Origin: an uncultured virus (IMG/VR IMGVR_UViG_3300040971_000013)
Lineage: Duplodnaviria > Heunggongvirae > Uroviricota > Caudoviricetes
Direction: 5' to 3' (one strand)
DNA length: 64,000 nt
IMG/VR virus record: IMGVR_UViG_3300040971_000013
Shown here: positions 17,641 to 28,980 of the stretch, piece after piece
How positions within the stretch are numbered: the stretch's first letter is position 1
Layout: each line of letters opens with the position of its first letter
Translations under genes and position numbers: made by a program
Notes under the pieces: generated by a model
Seen by the model: the letters and a program-made list of their open reading frames with translations, nothing else
What the model was told of the DNA's origin: nothing
Database searches by the model: none

Positions 17641-19458
17641 TTGAGTTCAGAATTTAAAGTCCTATCCGATCGAGCGCATATCTTACTGAGACCGTCAATG
17701 TATATCGGCTCAGTCTCACCAGAGCTAGTCAATAGATATATAGACGGGAAACCAATTCAAGTTTCAATCGTTCAAGGTCTATCAAAAATCATTAATGAAC
17801 TGATAGATAATTCTATTGATGAATTCCTTAGATCTGACAAGAAATTTGCAAACAAAATTTCTATCGTAGTAAATTCAAAATCATTTAGAATAGAAGATAA
17901 CGGAAGAGGTATTCCAGTAGAGAAATATGAAAACGTCTGGAGACCTGAACTCTGTTGGACAGCATGTAGAGCTGGAACATCTTTCTCTGATGAACGTATT
18001 GGTGCTGGAGCAAACGGTCTTGGATCTGTTGCTGCAAACATTTTCTCAAAGAAATTCCTTGGAGAGACTTCTGATGGTCAGCGAGTCTGTACTGTTCTCT
18101 GTCAAGACAATGCTGAAAAGGTCAATACATCCGTCAGTATAAAGAAAACAAATAAGACTGGGACATCTGTTTATATTGAACCGGACTTCCAGCGGTTCTC
18201 TTGTACGGAATTCTCTGAAGATCAAATTATATTGATCCGAGAAAGACTACTTGGAATTGCGTCTATCTATCCAGAGATCTCCTTTACTTTTAATGGTGAA
18301 TCGATCCGGTGTAGAAAACCAAAAGATTATTTGTCTATCTTCGGTGAAACTTTTATTGCTCATGAAGATCAGAATTTCTTTATAGGAATCTTTCCGACAG
18401 TAACTGACGAATATTGTCAGAAATCAATGATGGATGGTCTAGAATTTTTCAACGGTGGATCTCATGAAGAATATGTTTCAAGATCTCTGTCCAATGAACT
18501 AAAGGTTCTGATCAAGAAAAAACATAAGCTTGAGATGAGTCCTGCTGAGATCAAACGTGGTCTATTCTTAGTTATCAATGGCAAACATTTTCAGAATATG
18601 AAATTTGATTCTCAGACTAAAGAACGTCTGACTAATACTGAATCAGAAGTCAAAAAGTATTTTGGAGAGATTCCGTTTGAAAAACTTGCTAAACAGATTC
18701 TTGCAACTGATGATATTATTCTACCGATTATTGAAACAAAATTAGCAAAGCAAGCTGCTATTGATGCTCGTGCTGTTACAATGGCACAAAAGAAGTTGTC
18801 TGCAAATAAAGTAGATAAACATCTGAAGGCACTATCAAGAAACCCAGATGAACGTATTTTGTTTCTTTGTGAAGGTGATTCTGCTGCTGGCGCTTTGAAA
18901 GTCGTTCGTGATATTCAGAAACATGGTGGATTCCCTTTACGTGGAGTTCCAATGAACTGTTATGGATCAACTCATAAACAAATACTAGAAAACAAAGAAT
19001 TCAAAAACATCATGGCTATTCTAGGATTACAATTCAATAAATCTAAAATAGAAACGCTTGATAATATAGAATATGGAACTGTTGGAATCATGACTGACGC
19101 CGACCCTGATGGCTCTCACATCCTAACTCTCTTAGTAAATTTCTTTTACAATTGGCCGGAGCTCTTTGCAAACGGTATTATTAAGTATGTACGTACACCT
19201 CTATGGATCTGTACAAAAAATAAAGATGTTCAATATTTTTATACAGATGAAGAATTTGAACAGAAGAGAAACTCACTGAAAGGCTATGAAATTCGCTACA
19301 TCAAAGGTCTAGGATCTCTCCGAAACCATGAATACACTTTCGCTATCAATAATCAATCAATGTGGCAAACGATTACTATAGATGATGCCTCGGCAATCAG
19401 AACAATGTTTTCTGGTGAGGCTGTTTCAGAAAGAAAAGAAATTCTAAAAAATGGTTGA
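17641..19458 (+). CDS. gp39: Type II topoisomerase large subunit (gp39+60 fused)
   Basis: RPSMYIGS, ELIDNSIDE, DNGRGIP, EGDSA, PLRG, MTDADPDG, YIKGLG; TTG start after GGAGG. Confidence 0.95.
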   Translation: MSSEFKVLSDRAHILLRPSMYIGSVSPELVNRYIDGKPIQVSIVQGLSKIINELIDNSIDEFLRSDKKFANKISIVVNSKSFRIEDNGRGIPVEKYENVWRPELCWTACRAGTSFSDERIGAGANGLGSVAANIFSKKFLGETSDGQRVCTVLCQDNAEKVNTSVSIKKTNKTGTSVYIEPDFQRFSCTEFSEDQIILIRERLLGIASIYPEISFTFNGESIRCRKPKDYLSIFGETFIAHEDQNFFIGIFPTVTDEYCQKSMMDGLEFFNGGSHEEYVSRSLSNELKVLIKKKHKLEMSPAEIKRGLFLVINGKHFQNMKFDSQTKERLTNTESEVKKYFGEIPFEKLAKQILATDDIILPIIETKLAKQAAIDARAVTMAQKKLSANKVDKHLKALSRNPDERILFLCEGDSAAGALKVVRDIQKHGGFPLRGVPMNCYGSTHKQILENKEFKNIMAILGLQFNKSKIETLDNIEYGTVGIMTDADPDGSHILTLLVNFFYNWPELFANGIIKYVRTPLWICTKNKDVQYFYTDEEFEQKRNSLKGYEIRYIKGLGSLRNHEYTFAINNQSMWQTITIDDASAIRTMFSGEAVSERKEILKNG

Positions 19459-19510
19459 TCTTTCCGGATCTATTCAATATAATAAAAAATCAAGACAAAG
19501 AGGAGTACAA

Positions 19511-20827
19511 ATGTCAGAGTTGAAAGTTTCTGAGATGATGCATACGAAATGGAAAGAACATGCCTTGTATGTAATTGAAAATCGAGCTATCCCATCCTTT
19601 GCTGACGGATTCAAACCAGTCCAACGATTCTTATACTATCAAGGAATGAAACTCTGTAAGAATGAATTTGACAAAGTAGCAGGTGTTGGTAGTTCTGTTG
19701 CACGTATTGGGTATCATCATGGTGAGAATTCTGCTGTCTCTGCTCTGACTGCAATGGGAGCCGATTGGAACAACAACCTTCAGATCTTTCTTGGTGACGG
19801 CAACTTTGGATCGAAACTTGATCATGCTGCTGCAGCTGGTAGATATATCAGAGTCAAGTTGAATCCAGTAATGAATCATATTTTCCTTGATACTGAACTT
19901 GCTCCAGCACACGATGATAAAGAGCATATTCCTCCGAAGTACTATCTTCCGATTATTCCAATGGCTCTAGTCAACGGAGTGAAAGGAATTGCTACAGGAT
20001 ATTCGGTTGATATTCCTCCGATGGATCCCGTTACTATTGTAGACGCAATGATTGATATGTGTAAGGGAAAGAAGCCTCGAGAGATCAAACCGAAGTACTA
20101 TGATTTTACTGGATCAGTTACTCGCGAGTCTGATTCATTTATTATAGAAGGGAAATATGAACAACGATCTTCAACCAAAATCACTATTACTGAACTCCCT
20201 AGAGGATTTGAATCTGATTCTTATGAGACTGTTCTAGATAAACTGCAAGAAAAGAATTTGATTGTTGATTATGTCAATGAGTCTAATAAAGATTTCTTCA
20301 AGTTTGAAGTCACACTGAAACGAACAGTCAAATGGTCCCATGAAGAAATCATCAAGCATTTTAAATTGAGAACATCTCATACATGGAATATCAATACTAT
20401 TTCTCCAGATGGTAAACTTCAAGAATGGGATTCGACAACTGCTTTTACTGATCTGATGGTTGCGTTCTATCAGTTTAGACTACCGTTTGTTGCTACTAGA
20501 ATAAAGAATAAGATCTCTTTTCTGGAGCATGATATTGCTGCCAAGGAAGCTTTCCTAAAGTTTTGTGCTGATGTCATTGCTAATAAATTCTCATTTAAGA
20601 TTTCTGAGGAAGATTTTATTGACATTCTAAAGAATAAGTATAAAATGCCCGATTCACATATCCAACCAACAATGAATCGTCCAATCAGATCATTTACTCA
20701 GAAACATGTTCTAGACATCGAGAATGCCCTGAGAGGACAGAAAGATGAGTTATCGTATTATCTATCGACTACCCCTGAAAAAGAGTACGAGAAGGACCTA
20801 CAGAACCTCAAGAAATATATCAAGTAA
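19511..20827 (+). CDS. gp52: Type II topoisomerase gp52 subunit
   Basis: RAIPSFADGFKPVQR, YHHGE, AAAGRY catalytic Tyr. Confidence 0.95.
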   Translation: MSELKVSEMMHTKWKEHALYVIENRAIPSFADGFKPVQRFLYYQGMKLCKNEFDKVAGVGSSVARIGYHHGENSAVSALTAMGADWNNNLQIFLGDGNFGSKLDHAAAAGRYIRVKLNPVMNHIFLDTELAPAHDDKEHIPPKYYLPIIPMALVNGVKGIATGYSVDIPPMDPVTIVDAMIDMCKGKKPREIKPKYYDFTGSVTRESDSFIIEGKYEQRSSTKITITELPRGFESDSYETVLDKLQEKNLIVDYVNESNKDFFKFEVTLKRTVKWSHEEIIKHFKLRTSHTWNINTISPDGKLQEWDSTTAFTDLMVAFYQFRLPFVATRIKNKISFLEHDIAAKEAFLKFCADVIANKFSFKISEEDFIDILKNKYKMPDSHIQPTMNRPIRSFTQKHVLDIENALRGQKDELSYYLSTTPEKEYEKDLQNLKKYIK

Positions 20828-21003
20828 GGAGAATTCATGAAGATTGCTTATATTTGTCATAAATGTGGAACTGCCCATTATATTGTTACAGATGTTGAAG
20901 CTGAAGGCGAGCTATATATTTGTATTGATAAGTTTACTTGTAAGGGAAAAGAACTAAGAAAATTCGGAAAGAAAAAAACTTTTAAAAAATCTTTCTAAAA
21001 TAG

Positions 21004-21046
21004 TTGACAGTCTAACAAGAATTGAATATTCTAAACTCAATTGAAC
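21004..21046 (+). promoter_or_regulatory. Repeated early promoter cassette (copy 1)
   Basis: TTGACA-N17-TATTCTAAACTCAATTGAAC; identical core at 34810, 37818, 38147, 39757 and 41032. Confidence 0.85.
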
Positions 21047-21070
21047 ATAACAACAACCACGGAGTTGAAA

Positions 21071-21559
21071 ATGAACACGAACGAAATGATCATGAACAAG
21101 CTGGAAGAAATCCTGAAGCCCATCGATGAAAAGATCCTCGAAGATTCAAAGAGATGGATCCTTGAACGTCGAGACGCCGTACGGTCTTTCAAGGCAACTG
21201 AAGAATACAAGACCTTGGCAACCGGATTTCGTTATCAGAAGATGTTCGATCTCGCCGGTGGAAAGACCTGGTTCAATATGATGGACGGTCGCTGTGAAGC
21301 TGATATCCTTGAAATGATGGAAAAGAATTGTGCCAGCACTGCAAAGAATCGGAACGCTGCAATCGCAAAGAAGCTGATCAAGGCAGACGTTACCGAGATC
21401 ATCAATGAAGAATGGACCCAAACTCATGACGGATACAACGGAACCTACATTGTAAACACAAATGCTGGACACAAGATTGTCGACATTCAGACAATCCTCG
21501 CCGGTGGATACAACATCCAGAGACTTCATGTTCGTGTTCTTGTAAACGTTCGCAAGTAA
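21071..21559 (+). CDS. Conserved phage early protein
   Basis: ATG after GGAG; C-terminal TILAGGYNIQRLH motif. Confidence 0.65.
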   Translation: MNTNEMIMNKLEEILKPIDEKILEDSKRWILERRDAVRSFKATEEYKTLATGFRYQKMFDLAGGKTWFNMMDGRCEADILEMMEKNCASTAKNRNAAIAKKLIKADVTEIINEEWTQTHDGYNGTYIVNTNAGHKIVDIQTILAGGYNIQRLHVRVLVNVRK

Positions 21560-21560
21560 C

Positions 21561-21582
21561 TGAGAGGGCGTAAGCCCTCTCA
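21561..21582 (+). terminator. Hairpin/terminator
   Basis: TGAGAGGGC-GTAA-GCCCTCTCA. Confidence 0.6.
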
Positions 21583-21931
21583 TAAAAGGATAAGAAATGA
21601 TTATTAAATGTTGTTGCTGTGCCAGACAGATCACGCATCATAATACAAGCAATGATTATGAGTGTCCTTTGCCAGCTACATATATGGGTCCTACTGTTGG
21701 GTATTGTTGTGCTGAATGTTCGAAGGATTTAGATTCAGAAGGAATGTTTCCAGAAGAGAGAGGACTGTACTAGTGTTAACAGAAGGCTCTACTAGATCTA
21801 ACATAAAATATAATATATTATCTCGAAGACCGACTTCTCCTCCACCAGCACCTAAAGCAAAGAATTCTATTGACATCAAAGATGAATCTGAATATTCTAA
21901 TCTTAACATAAACAAAATCACAGAGATTAAA

Positions 21932-23251
21932 GTGCACAAAGAAATTACACAGAAGATCATAGAAGCAGGGTTTGAATGTTATTATGTCGGTGGATGTGTC
22001 CGTGATGAGATCATGGGCATCATTCCCGATGATTATGACATCACAACCAATGCCAAACCAGAAGAGATTTTTGAAATCTTCAAAGATTCTCATAAGGTTG
22101 TTTATTGTGGTGAAGCTTTCAAGGTTGTCCGTGTTGGAGACATTGAAGTTGCTACCTATAGAAAGGATCATTACTTTGGTAACTCTGATAAGAATTGTGT
22201 AATTGAATATGCTGATTCTATTGAAGAGGATTTGAGTCGCAGAGATTTAACGGTGAATGCAATAGCCAAGTGTGCTAAAACTGGAAAGATTGTTGATCCT
22301 TTTAATGGAAGAAGTGATATCTTTAATAGGCTCATTTCGTTTGTTGGTGATCCATTTGAGCGAATTAAGGAAGACCCTAATAGAATGATTCGTGTTGCCA
22401 GATTTGCCGCAAAGATGAATGCTATCATTGAACAAGACACTCTGGAAGCAATCAGAAATTCTAAACATATGTGTAAGTTCATTGCTAAAGAAAGAATTTC
22501 AACTGAGATTCTGAAAGCAATGAAGATCAAACATGCGTCTTGGTTCTTTACTTCACTTTTAGATTGCGGTCTATTGAAAGAAATATTTCCGACTCTTGAC
22601 CGATGTTTATATCATGACGGCGGACCACATCACAAAGAAGACCTGTTTCAGCACCAGATGATTGCAGGAGACTTCATGTCGACTCGGTGTGCAGTCATGA
22701 AACTTGCAGCATATATCCATGATATTGGAAAGTATCATGCCTATGATAAGAATGAACGAACTTTTATCGGACATGAGTTTATTGGGGAAAAAGTTGCAAG
22801 AAAAGAACTAAAAGAATTGCGATTTTCTAATGAGATCGTAGATCGGATCTGTTCGCTGATCAAGCTTCACATGAGAAACAACTATGGATCTGAGAAAAGT
22901 GTTAGAAAGCTTATCAGAGAGTTCCAAGAACATGGAATTGATTACCGATCACATACTCGGTTGAAGCTCTCAGACCGTGCTGGAAACCTTTCTAAGCCTA
23001 ACTTCAAGTACTCTGAAATTAAAGCTATTCTATTGAAATATGAAGAACTGTTTACAGCCGATCAGAATTCGGTATTCTCTATTCGAGATCTAGCTGTTAA
23101 CGGAAAGGATATCATGGAATGGTTTGCTATGAGTCCAGGGAAGAAGGTTGGTGAATTTCTATCATGTGCTCTTGAAGCTGTATTGGATAAGAAAGTAAAT
23201 AATGAAAAGGAACCTCTATTGAGATATCTCACAGCCAATTTATTTTATTGA
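21932..23251 (+). CDS. tRNA nucleotidyltransferase (CCA-adding) with HD domain
   Basis: VGGCVRD, DYD, DLSRRDLTVNAIA, EDPNRMIR, ERI, HDIGK; promoter at 21870-21898 favours the GTG 21932 start. Confidence 0.9.
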   Translation: MHKEITQKIIEAGFECYYVGGCVRDEIMGIIPDDYDITTNAKPEEIFEIFKDSHKVVYCGEAFKVVRVGDIEVATYRKDHYFGNSDKNCVIEYADSIEEDLSRRDLTVNAIAKCAKTGKIVDPFNGRSDIFNRLISFVGDPFERIKEDPNRMIRVARFAAKMNAIIEQDTLEAIRNSKHMCKFIAKERISTEILKAMKIKHASWFFTSLLDCGLLKEIFPTLDRCLYHDGGPHHKEDLFQHQMIAGDFMSTRCAVMKLAAYIHDIGKYHAYDKNERTFIGHEFIGEKVARKELKELRFSNEIVDRICSLIKLHMRNNYGSEKSVRKLIREFQEHGIDYRSHTRLKLSDRAGNLSKPNFKYSEIKAILLKYEELFTADQNSVFSIRDLAVNGKDIMEWFAMSPGKKVGEFLSCALEAVLDKKVNNEKEPLLRYLTANLFY

Positions 23252-23315
23252 CATCTCTAAAAAAGATGGATATTTCTAATTTTAACAAACACACTCTAGC
23301 AAGGAGAATTTAACA

Positions 23316-23981
23316 ATGATTACAGGTAAGTGTCCCGTCTGTGGAACTGAAGGAAAAACGTACGACGGTCATGGATTTAGTTGTGGAAACAGAGAATGTC
23401 CAACCAGCTTGATTACTCTGTCGTATCAAGATTGGTTGACATATTGTGACAGAGGAAAAGAACTTGTGGATGCAGCATTCGCTCGCATGGACAAAACTGA
23501 ATCAGGTGTAGAAGAAAGTCGAGAAGATCTTGATCCTCGGATGAGTTCGATCCTATATCCTGTTGCTGATTATTTCAAAAATGATCAATATATGTATTCT
23601 AGGAACTACTACTGGAATCGTGAACATGAAGAGATGATGCTCGATCCATTCGGTGGTGCTGTTGTAATGTACAATATTGATCCTGAAACGTTGAAGGTCT
23701 CTTATACATTCTATAAACTTCCAGCAGCTGAACGATTTGTCAAAGAGCCTCTCCGGGACGTTGCACGGGTCCGTCGGAAATCCATGGATATCTATTCTGA
23801 GGTTTCTTTGATTGAAATTGAAAATTTGATGGATGAAGCAGATTATGATTATCTAGCTGAGGCTGCTGAGAACGGCGACAGTTATTTGGAACATCTTGGT
23901 GAGATGTTCTTGATCTTTCGGATTGCGTTTGCTCGGTATATCAAAAAGAAACACAACATTAAGTCTTCTTATCGGGTTTAA
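23316..23981 (+). CDS. Hypothetical protein with N-terminal Zn ribbon
   Basis: CPVC...CGNREC; own promoter at 23248. Confidence 0.6.
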   Translation: MITGKCPVCGTEGKTYDGHGFSCGNRECPTSLITLSYQDWLTYCDRGKELVDAAFARMDKTESGVEESREDLDPRMSSILYPVADYFKNDQYMYSRNYYWNREHEEMMLDPFGGAVVMYNIDPETLKVSYTFYKLPAAERFVKEPLRDVARVRRKSMDIYSEVSLIEIENLMDEADYDYLAEAAENGDSYLEHLGEMFLIFRIAFARYIKKKHNIKSSYRV

Positions 23982-24373
23982 ATTTTAGGAAGTAGATTTT
24001 GTAGGTCTGAGTCTATACGAATTCTTATGAGATCTACTTCCGGAATTTCTGATGGACATCGGTAAATAAACTGTAGATATGTTTTGACTTCTGAATGCAC
24101 ATCTTCAGAACAAATAAAAAACAACAACCTGGCTAATGAATTTCCTTCAAAGACATTAGCCAGTTTTATGATTAGATTTAGAATCGTTTGATGGTAGATC
24201 GGTGGAGTATTTTCAGATGGGTATTTTTGTATTAGAATACATTTGGATACTAAAGAAAACTTTCGCAGATCAGAAAAGAAATCGTTCCAAGTTCCTTTCC
24301 CTTTATTATAATGACGAATTGCATATAGCATATATGTAGATTTATTTAAAGGCTCATTCCAAATCATTTGCAC
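23978..24373 (-). CDS. Conserved T4-like protein next to the primase
   Basis: LYAIRHY...DLRKF...ILNLII.LANVF...LLFF...KTYL pattern. Confidence 0.65.
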   Translation of the reverse strand: MQMIWNEPLNKSTYMLYAIRHYNKGKGTWNDFFSDLRKFSLVSKCILIQKYPSENTPPIYHQTILNLIIKLANVFEGNSLARLLFFICSEDVHSEVKTYLQFIYRCPSEIPEVDLIRIRIDSDLQNLLPKI

Positions 24374-24385
24374 CCCGAGGTTATT

Positions 24386-24649
24386 ATGGATCCTATTGAA
24401 GTTATTTATTCAGCGTATCAGATGAAGATGATGGTGTGTTGGATCTTTCTAGCAGCGTTCCTTACATCAGCTATTATCTGTATTAATATTATACATAAAT
24501 CTGAGCGCTATACGTCTGATGCGGTTGGATTTGCTCTGATCATTGGTGCAATAGGCTGTTTATTAACAGTAGTAGCAATGATGTCTATGAACCCATCTCA
24601 AGATCTTGTTCGAGTCATTGCGGTTATGAACGCCACAAATTGTCAATAA
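24386..24649 (+). CDS. Small two-TM membrane protein
   Basis: Two hydrophobic segments; GAGG RBS. Confidence 0.55.
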   Translation: MDPIEVIYSAYQMKMMVCWIFLAAFLTSAIICINIIHKSERYTSDAVGFALIIGAIGCLLTVVAMMSMNPSQDLVRVIAVMNATNCQ

Positions 24650-24650
24650 G

Positions 24651-25637
24651 ATGGCTGATCTCGTATTACAACAGAAATATATATCGCTGCTTGGTGCTCA
24701 ATTAGACGGTTTTAAGCAACGTAAACCAAACTGTTGGTGGTTCCGTTGTCCAATCTGTGGAGACTCTGAGACTGACAAAAAGAAGCGCCGTGGATATATA
24801 TATCTCAAGAACGGGGAATATTGGTATTATTGTCATAACTGTGGACAAGGTCAAAAGTTCGAACGGCTGCTTTATGCTACAAACGGAGATCTATATTCCG
24901 ATTATAGAAAAGAGAACCTGATTACTCAATTGGTATTCTCAGATAAGAAAGCTCCTGAAGAAATCAAAACAAAGCAATGGATCTTCGAACCAAAGCCGGT
25001 CAAATCTATTGCAGATCTTCCAGAATCTCACCCAGCATATCAGTATCTTGTTTCTCGATGTATACCTAAAGAAAATTTCAGCAAGGTCAAATGGGCTGAT
25101 GATTATCCGACTCTAGTTCGTTCAACCATTCCAGAGAAATATGATGATACTAAGATGCATCAGTCTGGGATCTTGTTTGAACTATTCAATAAGGATTCTG
25201 ATCTCGTAGGATATCAGCTACGGTCTATTGATCCATCGGTAAAGAAACAATACCGATTTTGTAACGCGTCTATTGGAGAAGAACGCGGATTCTTCGGTAG
25301 TCTTGATTTGTCTCAGCCTCATTTTGTTGTTGAAGGGTGTATGGATGCTCTGAGTATTCCAAACACTATGGCTGTAGTTACATCAGACCTTTCTGCTGCT
25401 AACGTTCCAACAGCTATCTATTTCAATGACCAGGAACCACGAAACTCTCAGATCGTCAAACAGATTGAAAAGGAAATCTCTTTGGGTTATTCGGTTGTTC
25501 TATTGCCTGATGAATATATTGGGATGGACGCAAATGATCTTCTCAAAAGATTTGGAGATTCGACTAAAGAATTCTTGTTGAATCATGTCTATTCTGGTCT
25601 AAAAGCAAAAATCAAACTTGCAGGATGGAGAAAATGA
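24651..25637 (+). CDS. gp61: DNA primase (gp61-like)
   Basis: FRCPICGDS...YCHNCG Zn finger; VVEGCMD and DQEPRN TOPRIM motifs. Confidence 0.92.
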   Translation: MADLVLQQKYISLLGAQLDGFKQRKPNCWWFRCPICGDSETDKKKRRGYIYLKNGEYWYYCHNCGQGQKFERLLYATNGDLYSDYRKENLITQLVFSDKKAPEEIKTKQWIFEPKPVKSIADLPESHPAYQYLVSRCIPKENFSKVKWADDYPTLVRSTIPEKYDDTKMHQSGILFELFNKDSDLVGYQLRSIDPSVKKQYRFCNASIGEERGFFGSLDLSQPHFVVEGCMDALSIPNTMAVVTSDLSAANVPTAIYFNDQEPRNSQIVKQIEKEISLGYSVVLLPDEYIGMDANDLLKRFGDSTKEFLLNHVYSGLKAKIKLAGWRK

Positions 25638-25881
25638 AATTGTTGACAGTTCTTCTATTATTGATTAGTATTTTTTTAAGTATGAATTGTTTTGCTTTTC
25701 CGTTTGACTATATCGTAACAGGATCCGGAGACGGTAAAGAAGTCACTGGATATCTTACTGAAAATGAGAATGGAACTATTCGAGGATCAGTTGACAGTTC
25801 ATATGTTAAGTGTTCTTGGGTTGGATACGGTACACTAGAATGTCAATCAGTTCAAAACTTTTATGAAATGGAAGTGACAGA

Positions 25882-26919
25882 ATGAAAGAAAAAATCTTAG
25901 AAACAATACAGAATAATCTACCAGACGGTTATGATCTATTATATGCAACTATTACAGGATCAAGACTTTATGGAACTCATAACGAGAATTCTGATACTGA
26001 TGTAAAGTTTATCTTCAAACCTTCGTTAGATGATTGTATCCTTGGTATTGCTTCTAGAAACCTGAATATGAATACATCTAATGATAAAGAAGCAAATTCT
26101 AAAGATGACATAGATATTCAAGGATGGTCTATTCAGTTCTTTTTAGATCTTCTGCGTAAAGGTGATACTAACGCTATTGATGTTCTGTATTCAATAAGCA
26201 ATACTGATTGTGTTGTATATTATCCAGAGAAAAGAGGTGCTACGTATCAGTATTCTATGATTATGGAAGATCTGTTTAGTAATCCTCTTGCTTATTTTGA
26301 TCTGTCTAATATGAGAGGATTGCTTGGGTATGTCGTGTCAATGTCAGATAAGTACGGTCTTAAGGGAAGTCGATATTCTAAGTTGCTTGAAGTCTCTAAA
26401 GTCACAGATGAAGAAGTCGACAAGGTTCTATTCAAAAATTTGGATCCAATTCGTCTAGATGATATCTACGAAAAGATCCTTGAGAAATGCGGAGACAATA
26501 CTTTCTGCAAATATGAAGTTTGCCAAGATAAAAGAAAAGCAATTCGTCTCGGTGGAAAAGTTCATCTATTAGAGATTTCCATTCACGAATTCATGAGAAG
26601 GCTTGATTCAGAACTCAATAGATATGGTGAACGATCTAAGAAATCCCTTGATGGATCTGATTGGAAGGCTCTTTCCCACGCTTATAGAGGAATCGTCCAG
26701 ATAGCTGAATTGCTTGTTACGTATAATTTAAATTTTCCATTACAGAGCGCAGATGTTCTAAAAGAAATAAAAGAAGGTAAACTTTCTATGGAAAATGTGA
26801 ATGAAATGATAAGTTCTGGTTTACAAATTGTAGAAGATGAATTAAAAACTACTAAACGAACCAAAAAGGTGGACCACAATTTGATTAACAAAACAATTTT
26901 AGATCTTTACAGAGTTTAG
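25882..26919 (+). CDS. Pol-beta-family nucleotidyltransferase (T4 NrdC.11/RlaP-like)
   Basis: GSRLYGT...SDTD; DWKALSHAYR. Confidence 0.8.
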   Translation: MKEKILETIQNNLPDGYDLLYATITGSRLYGTHNENSDTDVKFIFKPSLDDCILGIASRNLNMNTSNDKEANSKDDIDIQGWSIQFFLDLLRKGDTNAIDVLYSISNTDCVVYYPEKRGATYQYSMIMEDLFSNPLAYFDLSNMRGLLGYVVSMSDKYGLKGSRYSKLLEVSKVTDEEVDKVLFKNLDPIRLDDIYEKILEKCGDNTFCKYEVCQDKRKAIRLGGKVHLLEISIHEFMRRLDSELNRYGERSKKSLDGSDWKALSHAYRGIVQIAELLVTYNLNFPLQSADVLKEIKEGKLSMENVNEMISSGLQIVEDELKTTKRTKKVDHNLINKTILDLYRV

Positions 26920-26923
26920 TGGA

Positions 26924-27161
26924 TGTCCGAAAACTATACCGATCTTTACAAAAGTAAGATATCTCATGAACTTGCCTTGGAAATCCTAGAAGAGATTGCC
27001 TTACTCTTAATGTAAATCTTTATAGTCTTCTAATTAATAGAGATAGTCCTTTTGAAGTAAAATTTGTTCTTGGTAATCTTGTTAATGAGATTAAAAGAAT
27101 GAAGGCAGACAATAAAGACTATTACGAACTTAAGAAGATTCTAAAGAAGGTGGTTTCATAA
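26924..27161 (+). pseudogene. Probable frameshifted small gene
   Basis: MSENYTDLY...EEIA stops early; another frame runs from about 27003 to a TAA touching the next ATG. Confidence 0.45.
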
Positions 27162-27421
27162 TGCAAAAAGTATACTGTATCGGGTGTGAGTATTATGACA
27201 TGAACAGTTGCACAACTCTTACTCCATGTGATTATATTAAAAAGAAGTGGGTTGTGGATACACCAATTGCTCAAGAATATAGATTTGAAAGGGTCTGGCC
27301 GTATATTGATAATGCAGACAACAATTGTTTTTATTATACCCCAAGACAACCGAAGAAGAAAGAAACATTTGGAAATCGTATTAGTAAATTCTTCAAAACA
27401 TATTTTGGATAGGAGATCAAA

Positions 27422-27805
27422 ATGAAAATTAGAACCGGTTTTGTTTCCAACAGTTCCTCAAGCAGTTTTATCTGTCAGATCTGTAATGATGAACGAGAAG
27501 GGTGGGACTGGAACAACCACTATGGAGATAAACTGACATGTGTAAATGGCCATTGTTTCTGTCAGAGTCATATAGATAATGATTCACCGACATATGATAC
27601 AGTTGAACGTTATCGGAAAAATGATGAGAAGATTCCAGCTATTCTTTGTCCGATTTGTTCTGTTACTCCGACAGAAGCTCTAAAGTTTAAGAATGTCTTA
27701 TTTTATCTATTGAAGAAATATGATCTAAAATATGTTGACATTGTGGATGAGATGGGGATATTATTCAAAACGAATGACGAACTTAACCGATATCTGAGGG
27801 ATTAA
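27422..27805 (+). CDS. MKIRxGFVSNSSSSSF-family Zn-binding protein
   Basis: N-terminal motif; CxxC, CxxGHxxC, CPIC. Confidence 0.7.
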   Translation: MKIRTGFVSNSSSSSFICQICNDEREGWDWNNHYGDKLTCVNGHCFCQSHIDNDSPTYDTVERYRKNDEKIPAILCPICSVTPTEALKFKNVLFYLLKKYDLKYVDIVDEMGILFKTNDELNRYLRD

Positions 27806-28455
27806 TATGAATGTTTATGAAAAGAAGTTTAAAGAATGCTACAATATTCTTCTTAATACAATAGAATTATGTCACAAGAACTTAAAAGAATGTGAAGATG
27901 AAATGGCAGCTTATGTTGCTCTAGAAAAATCATTCAAAGACCTCAAGGAAAACAAAAACACAAGCAAAGCTATAATTGATGCTCTTCAATCTGTTGTAGA
28001 TGCTAATGCTAAAAGAAAGGGAATTATAAGGGAAGAACTGGTAGGGTGTAGACACGCATACACGAACCATTTAAAAGAAAAGCAATTTATGGACCGGCAT
28101 CTTTGCCCACATGAAGAAACTGAGTTTGATAGTGAAGATTACCATAAGGGCGTAAATATCTTCAGATGCAAACTTTGCGGGAGCTATCTAAGGTGATAAA
28201 AGAGAAGTATACTCAAAGCCCATGGTCTACAGTTCAAGCTGGAGCTGCTACTTTGGTCTATGGACCAGACGGTGAAAGAATCTGTAAGGTTATGGACAAC
28301 AAGCATGACGCTGATCTCATTGAGATTATCCCTCTCGTGATCTGGCTGATTAAACAAATATATAATGATCTTCCTCAGAACAGGGATTGGTTAAATCCTA
28401 ACTATGAAGAATCAATGAAATATATTATTGATACATATTGCAAACAGGAGTAAGA

Positions 28456-28841
28456 ATGAAGATTAGAACAGGGTTTGTAAGCAATTCGAGTAGTTCCAGT
28501 TTTATTTGTGATTATTGTGGAGATGTTGAGTCTGGTTATGATATGTCTATGGAAGACGTAGGGCATGCTCAGTTTTCTTGTGGGCATGAAGTATGCTTGT
28601 CTCATATTCCAGATTCAGTAAAAGAATTAGATGAATGGGAAGAGCATGGGAAGAAGAATCTGGATGGGAGATGCCAGAAAAGTGGTGTCCCATCTGTAAC
28701 TTTGAAGTCATTGATGATGCAACAGTTCTAGCTTTTATCTGTAAAGCTCAGAATATTGATCCTTTAGAAATCAAGAACGAAATCCGTGCAACATATAAGA
28801 ATATGAAAGAACTTCGTGAATATTTGGCAGATGTAGAATGA
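28456..28841 (+). pseudogene. MKIRxGFVSNSSSSSF paralog frameshifted by an 11-nt duplication
   Basis: ATGGGAAGAGC/ATGGGAAGAAG at 28635-28656; removing one copy joins the frame to CPIC as in paralog 27422. Confidence 0.65.
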
Positions 28842-28980
28842 TGTCTTGTACTGGGTGCCAGTTTCTAGTCTGGCACAATAAAATCCCATATTGTCAAAAT
28901 CAACTATCTAACTATTATATGGTCCCGCTATTGAAGTTTGAAGATCTCGTCGGACCTGGATGTCGTTACAAGGAATAAGA

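Noticed and set aside
21716..21931. 72-aa N-terminal extension of the CCA enzyme
   Set aside because: A consensus promoter (21870-21898) lies inside it; GTG 21932 is the likelier start.
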